This document shows, piece after piece, positions 62,382 through 64,000 of a DNA stretch of 64,000 nucleotides. The stretch is from a virus. Lineage: Duplodnaviria; Caudoviricetes. The first letter of the stretch is position 1; each line of letters begins with the position of its first letter. The notes beneath the pieces were generated by a model that made no database searches, had not been told where the DNA came from, and saw nothing but the letters and a program-made list of their open reading frames with translations. The stretch lies in IMG/VR virus record IMGVR_UViG_3300049979_000170, positions 11,027-75,026 of that record; one strand, written 5' to 3'. The position numbers and the translations under genes were made by a program.

Positions 62382-62635
62382 CCCCATCGCATCTTGAACT
62401 CCAGAGCGATGGTCGCCCTCTGGATACCCACGCCAATATGAGGAACAGATTGGTCCTCGTGTTTGTACATGTCGTGGAACGTCCGGTACAGACCCTTACG
62501 GGTCGGACTTTCGAGCCAGTCGATGATCTCGACGATATTGATCTTGTACTTGTGCCAAGACATCTTGATGATCGTATATCTCGGCGTGCCAAGGCGCGAA
62601 ATCTTGTGGGCGCTCAGCATATCGAAATTCCGCAT
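62378..62635 (-). CDS. RW-motif family small protein
   Basis: Ends VGIQRATIALEFKMRWG. Confidence 0.75.
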   Translation of the reverse strand: MRNFDMLSAHKISRLGTPRYTIIKMSWHKYKINIVEIIDWLESPTRKGLYRTFHDMYKHEDQSVPHIGVGIQRATIALEFKMRWG

Positions 62636-62862
62636 CAGCCCCACCTCATCTTGAATGCGAAAGCATCGCTGTCATATTTGATCCTGATCTTCGGCGTTAG
62701 ATCAGCATCGATCAAGTAGCCATAGCGATGATTCTTGTATACGTTTCCCCACTCGGCCTCGCACCACCTGAGAATTTCAATGCGGGTCTCACGGGTATTG
62801 CGTCGTTCGAATTGAACGATCCACCATATCCCACACTTCGTGAGGGTGAATTCCCGTTTCAC
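62635..62862 (-). CDS. RW-motif family small protein
   Basis: GTG start (GTGA overlap); WCEAEWG; ends IRIKYDSDAFAFKMRWG. Confidence 0.75.
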   Translation of the reverse strand: MKREFTLTKCGIWWIVQFERRNTRETRIEILRWCEAEWGNVYKNHRYGYLIDADLTPKIRIKYDSDAFAFKMRWG

Positions 62863-63092
62863 GATTCGCTCTGAAGCTGCGAGACGATCGTGGCGATCAT
62901 GTCGATGTCGTATCCATCGACTCCGTAGGCGGCCGGAACCCGCATCAGACGCTCGTGCAAGTCGGTTAGATAGGCGATCTTGCCCTCGCGCGTCCTGATA
63001 TCGATCGCGGCCTCTTCGGGCTTGGAGATGGCGAGCGTTTTTGCCGGAATCTGCAAGTCTCCCACCACGGTCTTCGTATACGGCTCGCTCAT
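62859..63092 (-). CDS. early hypothetical protein heading the minus-strand array
   Basis: GGGGG RBS; promoter TTGACA-N16-CATATT at 63120-63147. Confidence 0.6.
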   Translation of the reverse strand: MSEPYTKTVVGDLQIPAKTLAISKPEEAAIDIRTREGKIAYLTDLHERLMRVPAAYGVDGYDIDMIATIVSQLQSES

Positions 63093-63119
63093 GTTGCCCC
63101 CATGGAATCAACCCACCCC

Positions 63120-63200
63120 AATATGCGTGAATCTGGAAGCATGTCAACCTAAAAATCGTCAAACCAAATCAGTTGACTAATTCCGATTCAAAGGTATATT
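63120..63200. promoter_or_regulatory. Divergent pair of sigma70-like promoters
   Basis: Minus strand: TTGACA-N16-CATATT (63147-63120). Plus strand: TTGACT-N16-TATATT (63173-63200). Confidence 0.6.
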
Positions 63201-63224
63201 GATGGTATCAGCAGTGGGGGTTCC

Positions 63225-63851
63225 ATGCGTTACGATAGCTTCGAGTACCTTTGGCCCCCGCGTCCGGAGAAGCCAATCCCGCGCAACTTCTTCGGCTTTT
63301 ATGTGAAGAAGGGCTGGTTCGCTCAAGCCAAGAAGAACGGCACCTGCAACGTTATCGCGGTGTCGCCGGACAAGAAGCTCACCTGCATGAACCGCCATAA
63401 CGAGCCGCACAAACTGTGGGAGCCCACCAGGGCATCGTCGGCAGCATTCCAAAGCCTTCCCGGCACCGGATGGAACGTGATCGTCGCCGAACTTCTGCAC
63501 TCCAAAGTGACCGGCGGCGTACGGGACACCAATTTCATCAACGACATCCTCGTTCAGGACGGGCACTATCTAGTCGGCGAGACCTACGCGCAGCGACAAA
63601 TTCGTCTGCGCAGGCTTTTCCCGGACATCCAGGGGGAGACCGCGTCCCACTACATCATCAACGAGAACACGTGGCTGGCCAAAAACGTCCAGCAGGGCTT
63701 TGCCGCGTTCTTCGACAGCCTCGACAAGCCCGAGGACGAGGGGATCGTCCTGAAGGACCCTGGTTCGGTCCTGGCGATCTGTTCGCGAGAAAAGGCAAAC
63801 GTCACATGGTCGGTGAAGAGCCGCCGCCAGCACAAGAATTTTGGATTCTGA
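63225..63851 (+). CDS. ATP-dependent ligase-like nucleotidyltransferase (adenylation domain only)
   Basis: Motif I AKKNGT, AELL, DIL, EGIVLK (motif IV), VKSR (motif V); no OB domain. Confidence 0.7.
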   Translation: MRYDSFEYLWPPRPEKPIPRNFFGFYVKKGWFAQAKKNGTCNVIAVSPDKKLTCMNRHNEPHKLWEPTRASSAAFQSLPGTGWNVIVAELLHSKVTGGVRDTNFINDILVQDGHYLVGETYAQRQIRLRRLFPDIQGETASHYIINENTWLAKNVQQGFAAFFDSLDKPEDEGIVLKDPGSVLAICSREKANVTWSVKSRRQHKNFGF

Positions 63852-63852
63852 T

Positions 63853-64000
63853 ATGCGGGAAATTCTCGATCGTTCATTCTGGGACGAGCGCGTTCCGCTT
63901 ATGCGGGACCTCGATGCGCTGGGTGGATTTCAGACTAGCGGCACCCGATGGGATCGGATGTTGGCGTCCGGCCCAGGCTACTTCACCAAGTCGTTCGAGA
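63853..64000 (+). CDS. hypothetical protein (partial, runs off the window)
   Basis: ATG two bases after the ligase stop; open to the window end. Confidence 0.4.
   Translation, partial: MREILDRSFWDERVPLMRDLDALGGFQTSGTRWDRMLASGPGYFTKSFE

Overview
This 64 kb window is part of a large T4-like (myovirus/jumbo) bacteriophage genome, most likely infecting an Alphaproteobacterium (inferred from an HWE histidine kinase and the promoter style). Core virion genes are scattered among accessory blocks: large terminase, neck proteins gp13 and gp14, tail completion gp15, tail sheath gp18, tail tube gp19 and head-completion nuclease gp4. A GH19 endolysin is also present, and T4-type late promoters (TAAATA) precede many late genes. 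The window has six notable non-core elements. (1) About 48 paralogous small genes whose products end in a conserved F-x-F-x(4-5)-A-x-x-F-[KR]-[ML]-R-W motif. They are mostly arranged as stop/start-overlapping tandem arrays, with one frameshifted copy and one large fusion. (2) Five tRNAs in two blocks, each flanked by a zinc-finger protein of HNH type (the HNH core is visible only in the second). (3) Several structured non-coding RNA candidates, including a YrlA/Y-RNA-like tRNA mimic and two large multi-hairpin RNAs at the tRNA operon. (4) A translation and proteostasis set: CysRS, two Pth2-like hydrolases (one with an in-frame amber at codon 4), a ClpP-like protease and a J-domain protein. (5) A GAF-HWE histidine kinase. 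(6) Late proteins with N-termini resembling the T4 capsid-targeting sequence, including an ART-PolyVal-like ADP-ribosyltransferase. No CRISPR array, rRNA or IS element was found. All calls come from manual motif recognition; no database search was run.
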